Shown here: positions 31,613 to 43,400 of the stretch, one piece after another
Layout: each line of letters begins with the position of its first letter
How positions within the stretch are numbered: the stretch's first letter is position 1
From: Escherichia coli
GTDB lineage: Bacteria; Pseudomonadota; Gammaproteobacteria; Enterobacterales; Enterobacteriaceae
Length of the DNA stretch: 64,000 nucleotides
Strand: one strand, 5' to 3'
Assembly: GCF_009931435.1 (NCBI RefSeq)
Contig: NZ_CP043414.1
Program-made: the position numbers and the translations under genes
Notes under the pieces: generated by a model
What the model was told of the DNA's origin: nothing
Databases searched by the model: none
Seen by the model: the letters and a program-made list of their open reading frames with translations, nothing else

Positions 31613-32893
31613 ATGCCGGAAGAGAAACTACAGACGCTTTCATTGCAGGTCATTAACGGCAGTGAGCTGGAAAGCGGGCGGGCGGCGCGCTGTCTGTTCA
31701 CGCAGCAGGGAAATGTCGGCCATGGCCCCGAATGCCACTGGTCGGTACAGGATCGTCAGCAGAGCATTCCGGCTCAGGCCTTTACCGTTATACTGCACGA
31801 TGGCACATTTTGTCTGCGCCCGCAGACGGCACAACTGTGGCTGAACCAGGCAAAAGTCACAGCAACATCAGACCTGATACAGCTGCGCCAGGGCGATGAG
31901 ATCCAGATAGGGCGTCTGATGGTGAGGGTTCATCTGAACCGGGGTGATATCCCCCATTACGATGAGGAAATGGCCACTCCCGAAACCATCGTCACCAATC
32001 GCGATATGCTCACGGATACCCTGCTGTCAACGGAGGGTGCGCCACACTATCCGGGAATGACTCACCGGCATCAGCTTGCTGACACCGTGGTAAACGGTTT
32101 TTCTGCCGATCCACTCCAGGCACTTCAGTCCGAAAGCCTGATTACCGCGGGCGATCCGCTTTCAGGCATTGCGGCTGTCCGGCCATCGGCACCGCTGTCC
32201 GATCCGGCAAGTAATGGGGGGATCAATACGCCGTTTATGGATCTGCCGCCCATTTATGCCAGCCCCGGCGAGCGTAATGATGACGTCTCTGTGGCAGAAA
32301 TGGCGCAACGCCACCTTGCGGTCACCCCCTTACTGCGCGGCCTTGGCGGCTCGCTTACCGTGAGCAATTCCGACGATGCGGATGATTTTCTGGAGGAGGC
32401 CGGACGCACGTTACAGGCCGCAATAAAAGGTCTGCTTGATTTGCAGCAGCAGCGTAACAGCCTCTCAGACAAACATTTGCGCCCGCTGGAAGATAACCCG
32501 CTGCGCCTGAACATGGATTACGCCACCGCGCTCGACGTGATGTTTGCCGAAGGTAAAAGTCCGGTACATCTGGCGGCTCCCGCCGCTGTCAGTGAAAGCC
32601 TGCGCAATGTCCGCCACCACGAAGAAGCTAACCGGGCGGCGATTGTGGAGTCGCTTCGTGTCCTGCTGGACGCCTTCTCACCACAAAATCTGCTGCGCCG
32701 CTTTGTGCAGTACCGCCGCAGCCATGAACTGCGCCAGCCGCTGGATGATGCCGGAGCATGGCAAATGTACAGCCATTATTACGAAGAGCTGGCCTCTGAT
32801 CGCCAGCAGGGGTTTGAGATGCTGTTTAACGAGGTCTACGCCCAGGTCTATGACCGGGTGCTTCGTGAAAAACAGCGGGAGCCGGAAGCATGA
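31613..32893 (+). CDS. tagH: T6SS FHA-domain protein TagH (Fha)
   Basis: ORF 31592..32893; probable start at the ATG at 31613 preceded by GGAG; N-terminal forkhead-associated fold. Confidence 0.8.
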   Translation: MPEEKLQTLSLQVINGSELESGRAARCLFTQQGNVGHGPECHWSVQDRQQSIPAQAFTVILHDGTFCLRPQTAQLWLNQAKVTATSDLIQLRQGDEIQIGRLMVRVHLNRGDIPHYDEEMATPETIVTNRDMLTDTLLSTEGAPHYPGMTHRHQLADTVVNGFSADPLQALQSESLITAGDPLSGIAAVRPSAPLSDPASNGGINTPFMDLPPIYASPGERNDDVSVAEMAQRHLAVTPLLRGLGGSLTVSNSDDADDFLEEAGRTLQAAIKGLLDLQQQRNSLSDKHLRPLEDNPLRLNMDYATALDVMFAEGKSPVHLAAPAAVSESLRNVRHHEEANRAAIVESLRVLLDAFSPQNLLRRFVQYRRSHELRQPLDDAGAWQMYSHYYEELASDRQQGFEMLFNEVYAQVYDRVLREKQREPEA

Positions 32894-33414
32894 ACAGGAA
32901 GGCGTTTCTGGCCTGCGTGCTGATGTGCGTCATATTAACCGGCTGCGAAACGGCGAAAAAAATCAGCGAGGTGATCAAAAACCCGGATATCCAGGTCGGG
33001 AGCCTGAAGGAGCAACCTTCGGAAATAACCGTCACCCTGCTGACTGAACCGGACACTAATACCAATGCGGAGGGTGAATCAGCCGCCGTGGATGTGCAAC
33101 TGGTGTACCTGACGGACGACTCAAAATTGCAGGCAGCCGACTATGACCAGATAGCCAGTACGCCGCTACCGGATGTGCTGGGTAAAAACTATATCGACCA
33201 CCAGGATTTCAACCTGTTGCCGGACACCATCAAAACCCTGCCGCTGGTAAAGCTGGATGAGAAAACGCAGTTTATTGGTGTCGTGGCCTATTTCTCCGAT
33301 GACCAGGCCACGGAATGGAAACAAATCGAGACGGTGGAAGGAACCGGCCACCATTACCGCCTGCTGGTGCATGTACGTCAAAGCAGCATCGAAATGAAAA
33401 AAGAGGATGAATAA
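32890..33414 (+). CDS. tssJ: T6SS outer-membrane lipoprotein TssJ (SciN/VasD)
   Basis: 174 aa; lipobox LTGC; overlaps the tagH stop. Confidence 0.85.
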   Translation: MNRKAFLACVLMCVILTGCETAKKISEVIKNPDIQVGSLKEQPSEITVTLLTEPDTNTNAEGESAAVDVQLVYLTDDSKLQAADYDQIASTPLPDVLGKNYIDHQDFNLLPDTIKTLPLVKLDEKTQFIGVVAYFSDDQATEWKQIETVEGTGHHYRLLVHVRQSSIEMKKEDE

Positions 33415-33416
33415 GT

Positions 33417-34748
33417 ATGGCAACCACCCGCAACAAGGTGATGTGGCAGGAAGGGATGCTGATGCGCCCACACCATTTCCAGCAACAGCAGCGTTACAAC
33501 GACTACCTGGATAACCAGCGTTTCCGGGCCATGAATGATTTATCCTGGGGATTTACCGAACTCACCCTCAACAATGAACTGCTGGCGCAGGGTAAGATCA
33601 TGATTGACAGCGCGTCAGGCACACTGCCCGACGGCACCGTCTTTTCTATCCCCGACCAGGACGCACTGCCCGATCCGCTGCACCCGCAAAATTTTCCGGA
33701 CGAAAGAAGCCGCAATATCTACCTCGCTCTGCCGGTCGCCAGTGATGTGAGAAATGAAATCAGCGACGGGCGGCGAATCGGGCGTTACCGGCTGAATTAT
33801 GCCGATGTCCGGGATTTGCATTCAGAAGAAGGCGACGCGCGAACACTGACGCTGGGACAACTGACGCCGCGCATTATGAGCGGTGCAGAAGATATGAGCG
33901 CCTATATCACGCTCCCGCTTTGCCGTATCAGCGATCGCCATGCCGACGGCTCCCTGACGCTGGATGACGATTTTATCCCCTCCTGCCAGAATATTCAGGT
34001 CAGTAAGAAACTGCGTGTTTATCTCAAAGAGGTACAGGGGGCCATTAGCGGACGGGCAAGCGATCTGGCAAACCGTATTGGCTCTCCGGCGCAGAGCGGC
34101 ATCGCGGATGTGGCGGAATTTATGATGTTGCAGTTGCTTAACCGTAACCAGACCCGGTTTACCCATCGCGCCCGCCGATCCCAGCTCCACCCGGAAGATT
34201 TCTACCTTGATCTTGCCGGGTTGCTGGGTGAACTGATGACCTTTACCGAGCCGTCGCGCCTGCCCTGCCCGCTTGATGTGTATGATCATCATGACCTGAC
34301 CAAAACATTTAAAACACTGTTACCGGAAGTCAAACGGGCGCTGCATACCGTACTGTCGCCAAGAGCCGTCAATCTGCCGCTGCATCTGCGTGACGGTATC
34401 TGGCAGGCCGATATCCATGACTCGGAACTGCTGCAATCTGCCACCTTTGTGCTGGCCGTGGCGGCAAATATGCCGGTCGATCAGATCCAGCGCCAGTTTA
34501 TCCAGCAGTCGAAAATTTCCTCGCCGGAAAAAATCCGCAATATGGTCAGTGTGCAGATCCCCGGCATTCCATTGCGTGCCCTGATGGTGGCTCCCCGTCA
34601 GCTTCCCTACCATTCCGGGTTCAGCTATTTCGAACTCGACAAGAGCGGACAGTCCTGGACAGAAATGGCTGCCGCCGGGGGCGTTGCGCTGCATGTATCC
34701 GGCAGTTTCCCGGATCTGAACATGCAACTGTGGGCGATAAGAGGGTAA
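33417..34748 (+). CDS. tssK: T6SS baseplate protein TssK (VasE)
   Basis: 443 aa; N-terminal VMWQEGMLMRPHHFQQQQRY typical of TssK. Confidence 0.9.
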   Translation: MATTRNKVMWQEGMLMRPHHFQQQQRYNDYLDNQRFRAMNDLSWGFTELTLNNELLAQGKIMIDSASGTLPDGTVFSIPDQDALPDPLHPQNFPDERSRNIYLALPVASDVRNEISDGRRIGRYRLNYADVRDLHSEEGDARTLTLGQLTPRIMSGAEDMSAYITLPLCRISDRHADGSLTLDDDFIPSCQNIQVSKKLRVYLKEVQGAISGRASDLANRIGSPAQSGIADVAEFMMLQLLNRNQTRFTHRARRSQLHPEDFYLDLAGLLGELMTFTEPSRLPCPLDVYDHHDLTKTFKTLLPEVKRALHTVLSPRAVNLPLHLRDGIWQADIHDSELLQSATFVLAVAANMPVDQIQRQFIQQSKISSPEKIRNMVSVQIPGIPLRALMVAPRQLPYHSGFSYFELDKSGQSWTEMAAAGGVALHVSGSFPDLNMQLWAIRG

Positions 34749-34752
34749 GACG

Positions 34753-35514
34753 ATGGATGAGGGGTCACTGTCTCTGCCACCATTTACCGGATACGACGAA
34801 AAAAGCCAGCGCGACTATCATCTCGCGCTTCGTGGCAACAGCCTGAATCCGATGATCGACGCAGCCACGCCACTCCTCGGTATGGTGATGCGCCTTTCAA
34901 CCATGAACAGCCAGACGATGCCGGAGCATCTTTTTGCACAGGTGGTGACGGATGTTCAGGCCGTGGAGCAACTGCTTCAGGAGCAGGGCTACGAACCGGG
35001 CGTGATTATCTCGTTTCGCTACATCCTCTGCACATTTATTGATGAAGCGGCGCTCGGTAACGGCTGGTCGAACAAGAACGAGTGGATCAAACAGTCATTG
35101 CTGGTCCATTTCCACAACGAAGCCTGGGGTGGCGAGAAAGTTTTCATCCTGCTGGAGCGCCTGATCCGTGAACCCAAACGTTACCAGGATCTGCTGGAAT
35201 TTCTCTGGCTCTGTTTTTCTCTGGGATTTCGCGGGCGCTACAAAGTGGCAGCACAGGATCAGGGGGAATTTGAGCAGATCTACCGCCGCCTGTACCACGT
35301 TCTGCATAAACTGCGCGGCGATGCCCCTTTCCCGCTGTTACACCAGGACAAAAAAACCCAGGGCGGGCGTTATCAGCTCATCAGTCGCCTGACCATTAAA
35401 CATATTTTTTGTGGTGGCGTTGTCGTGCTGGCGTTGTTTTACCTGTTCTATCTGTTGCGGCTGGACAGCCAGACGCAGGACATCCTGCACCAGCTAAACA
35501 AATTACTTCGATAA
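34753..35514 (+). CDS. tssL: T6SS membrane protein TssL (DotU family), short form without a peptidoglycan-binding extension
   Basis: 253 aa; DotU-like cytoplasmic domain with a single C-terminal transmembrane helix. Confidence 0.85.
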   Translation: MDEGSLSLPPFTGYDEKSQRDYHLALRGNSLNPMIDAATPLLGMVMRLSTMNSQTMPEHLFAQVVTDVQAVEQLLQEQGYEPGVIISFRYILCTFIDEAALGNGWSNKNEWIKQSLLVHFHNEAWGGEKVFILLERLIREPKRYQDLLEFLWLCFSLGFRGRYKVAAQDQGEFEQIYRRLYHVLHKLRGDAPFPLLHQDKKTQGGRYQLISRLTIKHIFCGGVVVLALFYLFYLLRLDSQTQDILHQLNKLLR

Positions 35515-35522
35515 GGACGTTT

Positions 35523-38282
35523 ATGATCCAGATTGATCTTCCCACGCTGGTAAAACGGCTTAACCTGTTCTCCCGCCAGGCGCTGGAGATGGCCGCCTCT
35601 GAATGTATGAGCCAGCAGGCAGCGGAAATTACCGTCAGCCATGTGCTTATTCAGATGCTCGCCATGCCACGCAGTGACCTGCGGGTTATTACCCGCCAGG
35701 GCGATATTGGCATGGAAGAGTTGCGCCAGGCGCTGACGGTGGAGAACTACACAACCGCCCGTTCTGCGGACAGCTACCCGGCGTTTTCCCCGATGCTGGT
35801 TGAGTGGCTGAAAGAGGGCTGGCTGCTGGCGTCGGCTGAGATGCAGCACAGCGAACTGCGCGGCGGCGTGTTGCTGCTGGCCCTGCTGCATTCGCCGCTG
35901 CGTTATATACCGTCTGCTGCCGCCCGGCTGTTGACCGGCATTAACCGTGACCGTCTGCAACAGGACTTTGTGCAGTGGACACAGGAGTCGACGGAATCAG
36001 TCGTGCCGGATGCAGACGGTAAAGGCGCAGGCACACTGACGGATGCTGCTGACACCCAGCTTGCCCGCTACGCCAAAAACATGACCGAAGATGCCCGTAA
36101 CGGCAGGCTTGACCCGGTACTGTGCCGCGACCACGAAATCGACCTGATGATCGACATTCTCTGCCGCCGCCGTAAAAATAACCCGGTGGTGGTGGGCGAA
36201 GCAGGCGTGGGTAAAAGCGCGCTGATTGAAGGGCTGGCGCTGCGCATCGTGGCAGGCCAGGTGCCGGACAAACTGAAAAACACCGATATCATGACCCTTG
36301 ACCTGGGCGCATTGCAGGCCGGGGCATCGGTGAAGGGCGAGTTTGAAAAACGCTTCAAGGGGCTGATGGCGGAGGTCATTTCCTCCCCGGTGCCAGTCAT
36401 TCTGTTTATCGACGAAGCGCATACCCTGATTGGGGCGGGCAACCAGCAGGGCGGGCTGGATATCTCCAACCTGCTCAAACCGGCGCTGGCGCGCGGCGAG
36501 CTGAAAACCATCGCCGCCACCACCTGGAGCGAGTACAAAAAATACTTCGAGAAAGACGCTGCCCTGTCGCGCCGCTTCCAGTTGGTGAAGGTCAGCGAAC
36601 CCAACGCCGCCGAAGCCACCATTATTCTGCGTGGTCTGTCGGCGGTCTATGAACAGTCTCACGGCGTACTGATTGATGATGACGCCTTGCAGGCCGCTGC
36701 GACATTAAGTGAGCGTTATCTCTCCGGGCGTCAGTTGCCGGACAAAGCGATTGATGTGCTGGATACGGCCTGCGCCCGCGTGGCAATCAACCTGTCATCG
36801 CCACCAAAGCAAATCTCAGCGCTGACCACCCTGAGCCACCAGCAGGAGGCGGAAATTCGCCAGCTTGAGCGCGAGCTTCGCATCGGGCTGCGTACCGACA
36901 CCTCGCGGATGACGGAGGTGCTGGTGCAGTATGATGAAACGCTGACGGCGCTGGACGAACTGGAAGCCGCCTGGCATCAGCAACAGACGCTGGTACAGGA
37001 AATTATCGCGCTGCGCCAGCAGTTGCTGGGTATGGCAGAAGACGATGCGGCGTCGTTGCCGGACGCAGATGCCGTGGGGGATATGCCGTCGGAGTCAGAG
37101 CAGGATAATACCGGTGCCGCACCGGCTGATGAAGCTGGCAGCGCACAGCCGGAAGAAACCGCTGAAACAGTTTCCCCGGTACAACGGCTGGCACAGCTTA
37201 CTGCCGAACTGGACGCCCTGCATAACGACCGGTTGCTGGTCTCCCCGCACGTCGATAAAAAACAGATTGCGGCGGTGATTGCCGAATGGACCGGCGTGCC
37301 GCTTAACCGCCTGTCGCAGAATGAAATGTCGGTCATCACCGACCTGCCAGTATGGCTGGGCGACACCATCAAAGGCCAGGACCTGGCGATTGCCAGCCTG
37401 CATAAACATCTGCTGACCGCACGCGCCGACCTGCGCCGTCCGGGACGCCCGCTTGGCGCGTTCCTGCTGGCTGGCCCCAGCGGCGTGGGTAAAACCGAAA
37501 CCGTCCTGCAACTGGCAGAGCTTCTCTACGGTGGTCGCCAGTACCTGACCACCATCAATATGTCCGAGTTCCAGGAGAAGCACACCGTCTCGCGGCTGAT
37601 TGGTTCCCCTCCGGGCTATGTCGGCTATGGTGAAGGCGGCGTGCTGACCGAAGCCATCCGCCAGAAACCCTACTCAGTGGTGCTCCTCGATGAAGTGGAA
37701 AAAGCGCACCCGGATGTGCTCAACCTGTTCTACCAGGCGTTTGACAAGGGCGAGATGGCAGACGGCGAAGGCCGCCTGATTGACTGTAAAAACATCGTCT
37801 TCTTCCTCACCTCCAACCTTGGCTACCAGGTGATTGTCGAACACGCCGATGACCCGGAGACCATGCAGGAAGCCCTCTATCCGATGCTGGCGGACTTCTT
37901 TAAACCTGCCCTGTTGGCGCGTATGGAAGTGGTGCCGTACCTGCCTCTGTCGAAAGAGACGCTCGCCACCATTATTGCCGGGAAACTCACCCGTCTGGAT
38001 AACGTGCTGCGCAGTCGCTTTGGTGCGGAAGTGATTATTGAGCCGGAAGTGACGGACGAAATTATGAGCCGCGTCACCCGAGCGGAAAACGGCGCAAGGA
38101 TGCTCGAATCAGTCATCGACGGCAACATGCTGCCGCCGCTCTCGCTGCTGCTGTTGCAGAAGATGGCAGCCAACACGGCGATTGCCCGGATTCGTCTGTC
38201 GGCGGCAGACGGTGCATTCACAGCAGACGTGGAAGATGCTCAGGACGACGAGTCCGTCACAGAGGATGAAACGGTTTTATGA
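35523..38282 (+). CDS. clpV: T6SS AAA+ ATPase ClpV (TssH)
   Basis: ORF 35409..38282 trimmed to the ATG at 35523 (MIQIDLPTLVKRLN...); two Walker A motifs (GEAGVGKSA, GPSGVGKTE); Clp N-domain. Confidence 0.95.
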   Translation: MIQIDLPTLVKRLNLFSRQALEMAASECMSQQAAEITVSHVLIQMLAMPRSDLRVITRQGDIGMEELRQALTVENYTTARSADSYPAFSPMLVEWLKEGWLLASAEMQHSELRGGVLLLALLHSPLRYIPSAAARLLTGINRDRLQQDFVQWTQESTESVVPDADGKGAGTLTDAADTQLARYAKNMTEDARNGRLDPVLCRDHEIDLMIDILCRRRKNNPVVVGEAGVGKSALIEGLALRIVAGQVPDKLKNTDIMTLDLGALQAGASVKGEFEKRFKGLMAEVISSPVPVILFIDEAHTLIGAGNQQGGLDISNLLKPALARGELKTIAATTWSEYKKYFEKDAALSRRFQLVKVSEPNAAEATIILRGLSAVYEQSHGVLIDDDALQAAATLSERYLSGRQLPDKAIDVLDTACARVAINLSSPPKQISALTTLSHQQEAEIRQLERELRIGLRTDTSRMTEVLVQYDETLTALDELEAAWHQQQTLVQEIIALRQQLLGMAEDDAASLPDADAVGDMPSESEQDNTGAAPADEAGSAQPEETAETVSPVQRLAQLTAELDALHNDRLLVSPHVDKKQIAAVIAEWTGVPLNRLSQNEMSVITDLPVWLGDTIKGQDLAIASLHKHLLTARADLRRPGRPLGAFLLAGPSGVGKTETVLQLAELLYGGRQYLTTINMSEFQEKHTVSRLIGSPPGYVGYGEGGVLTEAIRQKPYSVVLLDEVEKAHPDVLNLFYQAFDKGEMADGEGRLIDCKNIVFFLTSNLGYQVIVEHADDPETMQEALYPMLADFFKPALLARMEVVPYLPLSKETLATIIAGKLTRLDNVLRSRFGAEVIIEPEVTDEIMSRVTRAENGARMLESVIDGNMLPPLSLLLLQKMAANTAIARIRLSAADGAFTADVEDAQDDESVTEDETVL

Positions 38283-39022
38283 GCAGGTTGCGCGTTTTCC
38301 GGCAGACAGGATGGTTTATCGCGGGCCTGATGGCGGGCTTACCCGCCAGTGCCGCGCCCGCAGAAACATCGTCAGTGGCCGGTGTGGCGGTAGCTGTCGC
38401 CACAGCGACACCGCCGGATGCGACAGCCACGTTACAGGCCATGCGGTCCTGTCGCCAGGAGACGGCGGCGCTGGAGCGGCTTGACTGCTATGACCGCCTG
38501 CTGGCACCCCTTTCTCCGTCAGGGTTTGACGGGGCGCTGGTCAAAGCCGGTTTTGTGGGCGAGGCCTGGACCCGCGCCACAGAGCAGGAAAAACGCCGCC
38601 AGGGCAACACCACAGAGCTGCTGGTGACGCAGGTGCCGGGAGAACGCCCGACGGTGGTGGTAACCACCCCGGCTATCGGCCATGTTCCGCCTCGCCCGGT
38701 GCTGATGTTCAGCTGTGTGGACAATATCACCCGGATGCAGGTGGCGCTGGTGCACCCTCTGGATGTCCATGATATCGCCGTCACCCTGAATGCCGACAGC
38801 CGGGTATTGCGCAGCCACTGGTTTGTGCGCGAGAACGGCACCCTGCTGGAGTCCAGCCGGGGGCTGTCCGGGATTGATGAAATTAAGCAACTGTTCGGCG
38901 CAAAAACGCTGACGGTGGATACCGGCGCAGATAACGCCGCCGGAAAGCTGACCTTTAACATTGACGGGCTAGCAAGGGCGATTGCCCCCCTGCGCGATGC
39001 CTGCCACTGGGCGGGAGAATAA
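38279..39022 (+). CDS. T6SS-associated secreted protein (VasI-like)
   Basis: 247 aa with signal peptide; sits between clpV and tssA as VasI does in vas-type clusters. Confidence 0.55.
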   Translation: MSRLRVFRQTGWFIAGLMAGLPASAAPAETSSVAGVAVAVATATPPDATATLQAMRSCRQETAALERLDCYDRLLAPLSPSGFDGALVKAGFVGEAWTRATEQEKRRQGNTTELLVTQVPGERPTVVVTTPAIGHVPPRPVLMFSCVDNITRMQVALVHPLDVHDIAVTLNADSRVLRSHWFVRENGTLLESSRGLSGIDEIKQLFGAKTLTVDTGADNAAGKLTFNIDGLARAIAPLRDACHWAGE

Positions 39023-39026
39023 AAAT

Positions 39027-40442
39027 ATGGCAATGGACTTACGCGATCCGAATGTCTGGATATCGCACCTGCTGGAAAACCTGCCGGAAGAGAAACTGGC
39101 ATCGGCGCTGAAAGATGACAACCCGGACTGGGAGTATATCGACGGCGAAATCGTCAAACTGGGTTCACTGGCCCACAGCCAACTGGATATCCCGGAACTC
39201 CAGCGCCGGGGGCTGGTCATTCTGGCTTCGGAGAGTAAGGATTTTCGTCTGCTGGCACACCTGCTCAGAACCCTGCAACATGCCGGTGATCCACTGCTGG
39301 CACTGCGCCTGCTGGCGCTATACGTGGAACATTACTGGACTGTGGCCGCGCCGCAGAATATGGCGCATAAAAAACGCTTTGCCAGCCAGATCATTAAACG
39401 TTTTGAAACGGGTATTGAAGGCTTTTCACAGAACGCCGCCACCGCGCAGCGCGATGCACTATTAGGTGAACTGGCGAAACTGGCGCAGTGCTGGCAGTCA
39501 CATAACGCCCCGGAACTGGCAGAGGCTACTGATGATCTTTTTGCCCTGTACCAGCGTGCGTTTAATCGTGCGGCACCGGCTCCTGCCCACACTCCGGCGG
39601 CCTCCGGTAGTTCACCACAGACCACCGCCACGTCTGAAAGCGGCGTGACGCAAACCAGTGCTCCGGCTCCACAGATCGCCATCGACAGTCACGACGACAA
39701 AGCCTGGCGCGACACGCTGTTAAAAGTGGCGGCCATTTTATGTGAACGCCAGCCGGACTCGCCGCAGGGCTATCGCCTGCGCCGCCATGCCCTGTGGCAA
39801 TCCATCACCAGTACGCCCCAGGCGGAAAGCGATGGACGCCCCCCACTGGCTGCGGTCTCCGCCGATATGGTGGCAGATTACCATGCTCAGCTCGGTAGTG
39901 CCGATATGGCGCTGTGGCAGCAGGTGGAAAAAAGCGTACTGCTGGCACCCTACTGGCTGGACGGTCACTGCATTTCTGCACAGACGGCGCACCGTCTTGG
40001 CTATACCGCCGTGGCCGATGCCATCCGCGATGAAGTCGTTTCCTTTCTTGGCCGTCTGCCCGCGCTCGCTGATCTTCTGTTTAACGACCACACACCGTTT
40101 GTTTCTGAAAAAACGAAGCAATGGCTTGCAACTCAGCCAGGTAACCAGGCCGCGCCAGTCATACAGGTGAGTAATGAAGATATTCAGGCTGCGCGGTTGT
40201 GTTTTGATGAACAGGGGCTGGAAGCCGCCTTACGGTATCTGGATACGTTGCCCGCCGGTGAACCCCGCGACCAGTTTCACCGGCAGTATTTTGGCGCGCA
40301 GCTTATGGAAGAGGCGGGGCTGGTACAGCTTGCGCAGCAGCAGTACCGGATGTTGTTCAGGATGGGATTGCAGATGATGGTGGCAGACTGGGAGCCGTCC
40401 CTGCTTGAGCAGCTAGAACAAAAATTCACGGCAGAACAATAA
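39027..40442 (+). CDS. tssA: T6SS protein TssA (ImpA N-terminal domain; VasJ-like)
   Basis: ORF 38982..40442 trimmed to the ATG at 39027 (MAMDLRDPNVWISHL...); ImpA_N-type N-terminus. Confidence 0.85.
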   Translation: MAMDLRDPNVWISHLLENLPEEKLASALKDDNPDWEYIDGEIVKLGSLAHSQLDIPELQRRGLVILASESKDFRLLAHLLRTLQHAGDPLLALRLLALYVEHYWTVAAPQNMAHKKRFASQIIKRFETGIEGFSQNAATAQRDALLGELAKLAQCWQSHNAPELAEATDDLFALYQRAFNRAAPAPAHTPAASGSSPQTTATSESGVTQTSAPAPQIAIDSHDDKAWRDTLLKVAAILCERQPDSPQGYRLRRHALWQSITSTPQAESDGRPPLAAVSADMVADYHAQLGSADMALWQQVEKSVLLAPYWLDGHCISAQTAHRLGYTAVADAIRDEVVSFLGRLPALADLLFNDHTPFVSEKTKQWLATQPGNQAAPVIQVSNEDIQAARLCFDEQGLEAALRYLDTLPAGEPRDQFHRQYFGAQLMEEAGLVQLAQQQYRMLFRMGLQMMVADWEPSLLEQLEQKFTAEQ

Positions 40443-40460
40443 AAGAGAACAGGAGTTTTT

Positions 40461-43400
40461 GTGTTCAGATTACCAACACCCCGACTATTCAGCGGACTCA
40501 AATCAGCCCTGCGCCCGGCGATGCCCCGGTTTAAAGTTTCTGCATTCTGGCTGCTGATACTGGCGTGGATTTTCCTGCTGGTATGGATCTGGTGGAAAGG
40601 CCCGGCATGGACGCTGGATGAAGAGCAGTGGCTCAAACCACTGGCGAACCGCTGGCTGGCAACGGCGGCGTGGGGGATTATTGCCCTGGTGTGGCTTACC
40701 GTCCGGGTAATGAAGCGCCTGCAACAGCTTGAAAAAATGCAAAAGCAACAGCGCGAGGAAGCCGTTGATCCGCTCAGTGTGGAACTGAACGCCCAGCAGC
40801 GTTACCTCGACCGCTGGCTGCTGCGCCTGCAACGCCATCTCGACAACCGCCGTTTCCTGTGGCAGTTGCCGTGGTATATGGTCATCGGTCCTGTGGGCAG
40901 TGGCAAAACGACACTGCTGCGCGAGGGGTTTCCGTCAGACATTATTTATGCCCCGGAGGGCGCGCACGGCGCAGAACAACGCCTGTACCTCACGCCCCAT
41001 GTCGGTAAACAGGCGGTGATCTTTGATATCGACGGCACACTCTGCGCTCCCGCTGATGCGGATATCCTGCATCGCCGTCTGTGGGAACATGCCCTCGGCT
41101 GGCTGAAGGAAAAGCGCGCGCGCCAGCCGCTGAACGGGATTATTCTGACACTCGATTTACCCGATCTGCTGACCGCAGACAAACGCCGCCGCGAGCATCT
41201 GTTACAGACGCTGCGCAGCCGCTTACAGGATATACGCCAGCATCTTCATTGCCAGTTACCGGTTTACGTGGTACTGACCCGGCTTGATTTATTGCAGGGT
41301 TTTGCCGCCCTGTTTCAGTCACTGAACAGACAGGATCGCGATGCGATTCTGGGTGTTACGTTCACCCGCCGTGCTCATGAAAATGATGACTGGCGAACAG
41401 AGTTGAATGCTTTCTGGCAGACATGGGCGGATCGAATGAATCTGGCGTTGCCGGATCTGATGGTCACCCAGACTCACACCCGCGCGTCTTTATTTAGTTT
41501 TTCCCGCCAGATGCAGGGAAGCCGTGAACCGCTGATATCACTGCTGGAGGGTCTGCTTGACGGCGAAAATATGAACGTGATGCTGCGTGGTGTCTATCTC
41601 ACCTCTTCGCTTCAGCGTGGACAGATGGATGATATATTCACCCAGTCTGCTGCCCGCCAGTACCGACTGGGCAATAACCCACTGGCGTCCTGGCCTCTGG
41701 TGGACACCGCGCCTTATTTCACCCGCAGCCTGTTCCCGCAGGCATTACTCGCAGAGCCTAATCTGGCAACAGAGAGCCGCGCCTGGCTGATGCGTTCCCG
41801 TCGCCGCCTGACGGTTTTCTCTGCCACAGGCGGCGTGGCGGCACTGCTGCTCATCACCGGCTGGAATCACTATTACAACGGTAACTATCAGTCCGGCATC
41901 ACCGTGCTTAAGCAGGCCAAAGCCTTTATGGACGTGCCGCCTCCGCAGGGGGAAGATGACTTTGGTAACCTACAACTGCCGCTGCTGAACCCGGTACGCG
42001 ATGCCACACTGGCCTATGGCGACTGGGGTGACCGCAGCCGCCTGGCCGATATGGGACTGTACCAGGGGCGACGTATCGGGCCTTATGTGGAACAGACCTA
42101 TCTGCAACTGCTGGAGCAGCGTTACCTGCCCTCGCTGTTTAACGGGCTGGTCAAAGCGATGAACGCCGCACCGCCGGAGAGTGAGGAAAAACTCGCGGTG
42201 CTGCGCGTGATGCGAATGCTGGAGGACAAAAGCGGACGCAACAATGAGGTGGTGAAGCAGTATATGGCAAAACGCTGGAGCGAAAAGTTCCACGGACAGC
42301 GCGATATCCAGACACAACTGATGTCCCATCTTGACTACGCGCTGGCTCATACTGACTGGCATGCAGAGCGTCAGGCGGGCGACGGTGATGCCATCAGCCG
42401 CTGGACGCCATATGACAAGCCTGTTGCGACAGCACAGAAAGAACTGAGCAAACTGCCTGTCTACCAGCGGGTTTACCAGAGCCTGAAAACGCGGGCGCTG
42501 GGCGTTCTTCCTGCTGACCTCAATCTGCGTGACCAGGTAGGGCCAACCTTTGACCAGGTGTTTACATCTGCCGATGATAACAAACTGGTTGTTCCACAGT
42601 TTCTTACCCGTTACGGCCTGCAAAGCTATTTTGTAAAACAGCGCGATGAACTGGTTGAACTGACGGCGATGGATTCCTGGGTACTCAACCTCACCCGCAG
42701 CGTGAAATACAGTGACGCCGACCGCGCGGAAATTCAGCGCCAGTTGACCGAGCAGTATATCAGCGACTACACCGCCACCTGGCGGGCCGGGATGGACAAT
42801 CTCAATATCCGCAATTTTGAGTCCATTGGACAACTGACTGGCACTCTGGAGCAGGTTATCAGCGGCGACCAGCCTTTGCAGCGGGCGCTGACCGTGCTGC
42901 GTGACAACACACAGCCAGGCGTCTTTTCTGAAAAACTCTCTGCCAAAGAGCGGGATGAGGCCCTGGCAGAGCCGGATTACCAGTTACTCACCCGCCTCGG
43001 GCATGAATTCGCCCCGGAAAACAGTACCCTGACAGTACAGAAAGACAAAGAAAGCACGATGCAGGCCGTATACCAGCAGCTCACCGAGTTACACCGCTAC
43101 CTGCTGGCAATCCAGAACGCGCCTGTACCAGGGAGATCGGCGCTGAAAGCCGTGCAGTTAAGGCTTGATCAGAACTGCAGCGATCCAATATTCGCCACCC
43201 GCCAGATGGCAAAAACACTGCCTGCTCCGCTCAACCGCTGGGTAGGCAGGCTGGCTGACCAGGCCTGGCATGTGGTGATGGTGGAAGCCGTTCACTATAT
43301 GGAAGTGGACTGGCGCGACAGCGTGGTGAAACCGTTTAACGAGCAACTGGCAAATAACTATCCGTTTAATCCACGTTCTGCACAGGATGCCTCACTGGAT

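Noticed and set aside
36977-37583. Antisense and alternative-frame ORFs within clpV and other T6SS core genes (similar cases throughout 26.1 to 44 kb)
   Set aside because: They are embedded in well-supported core T6SS genes and show no domain signal.
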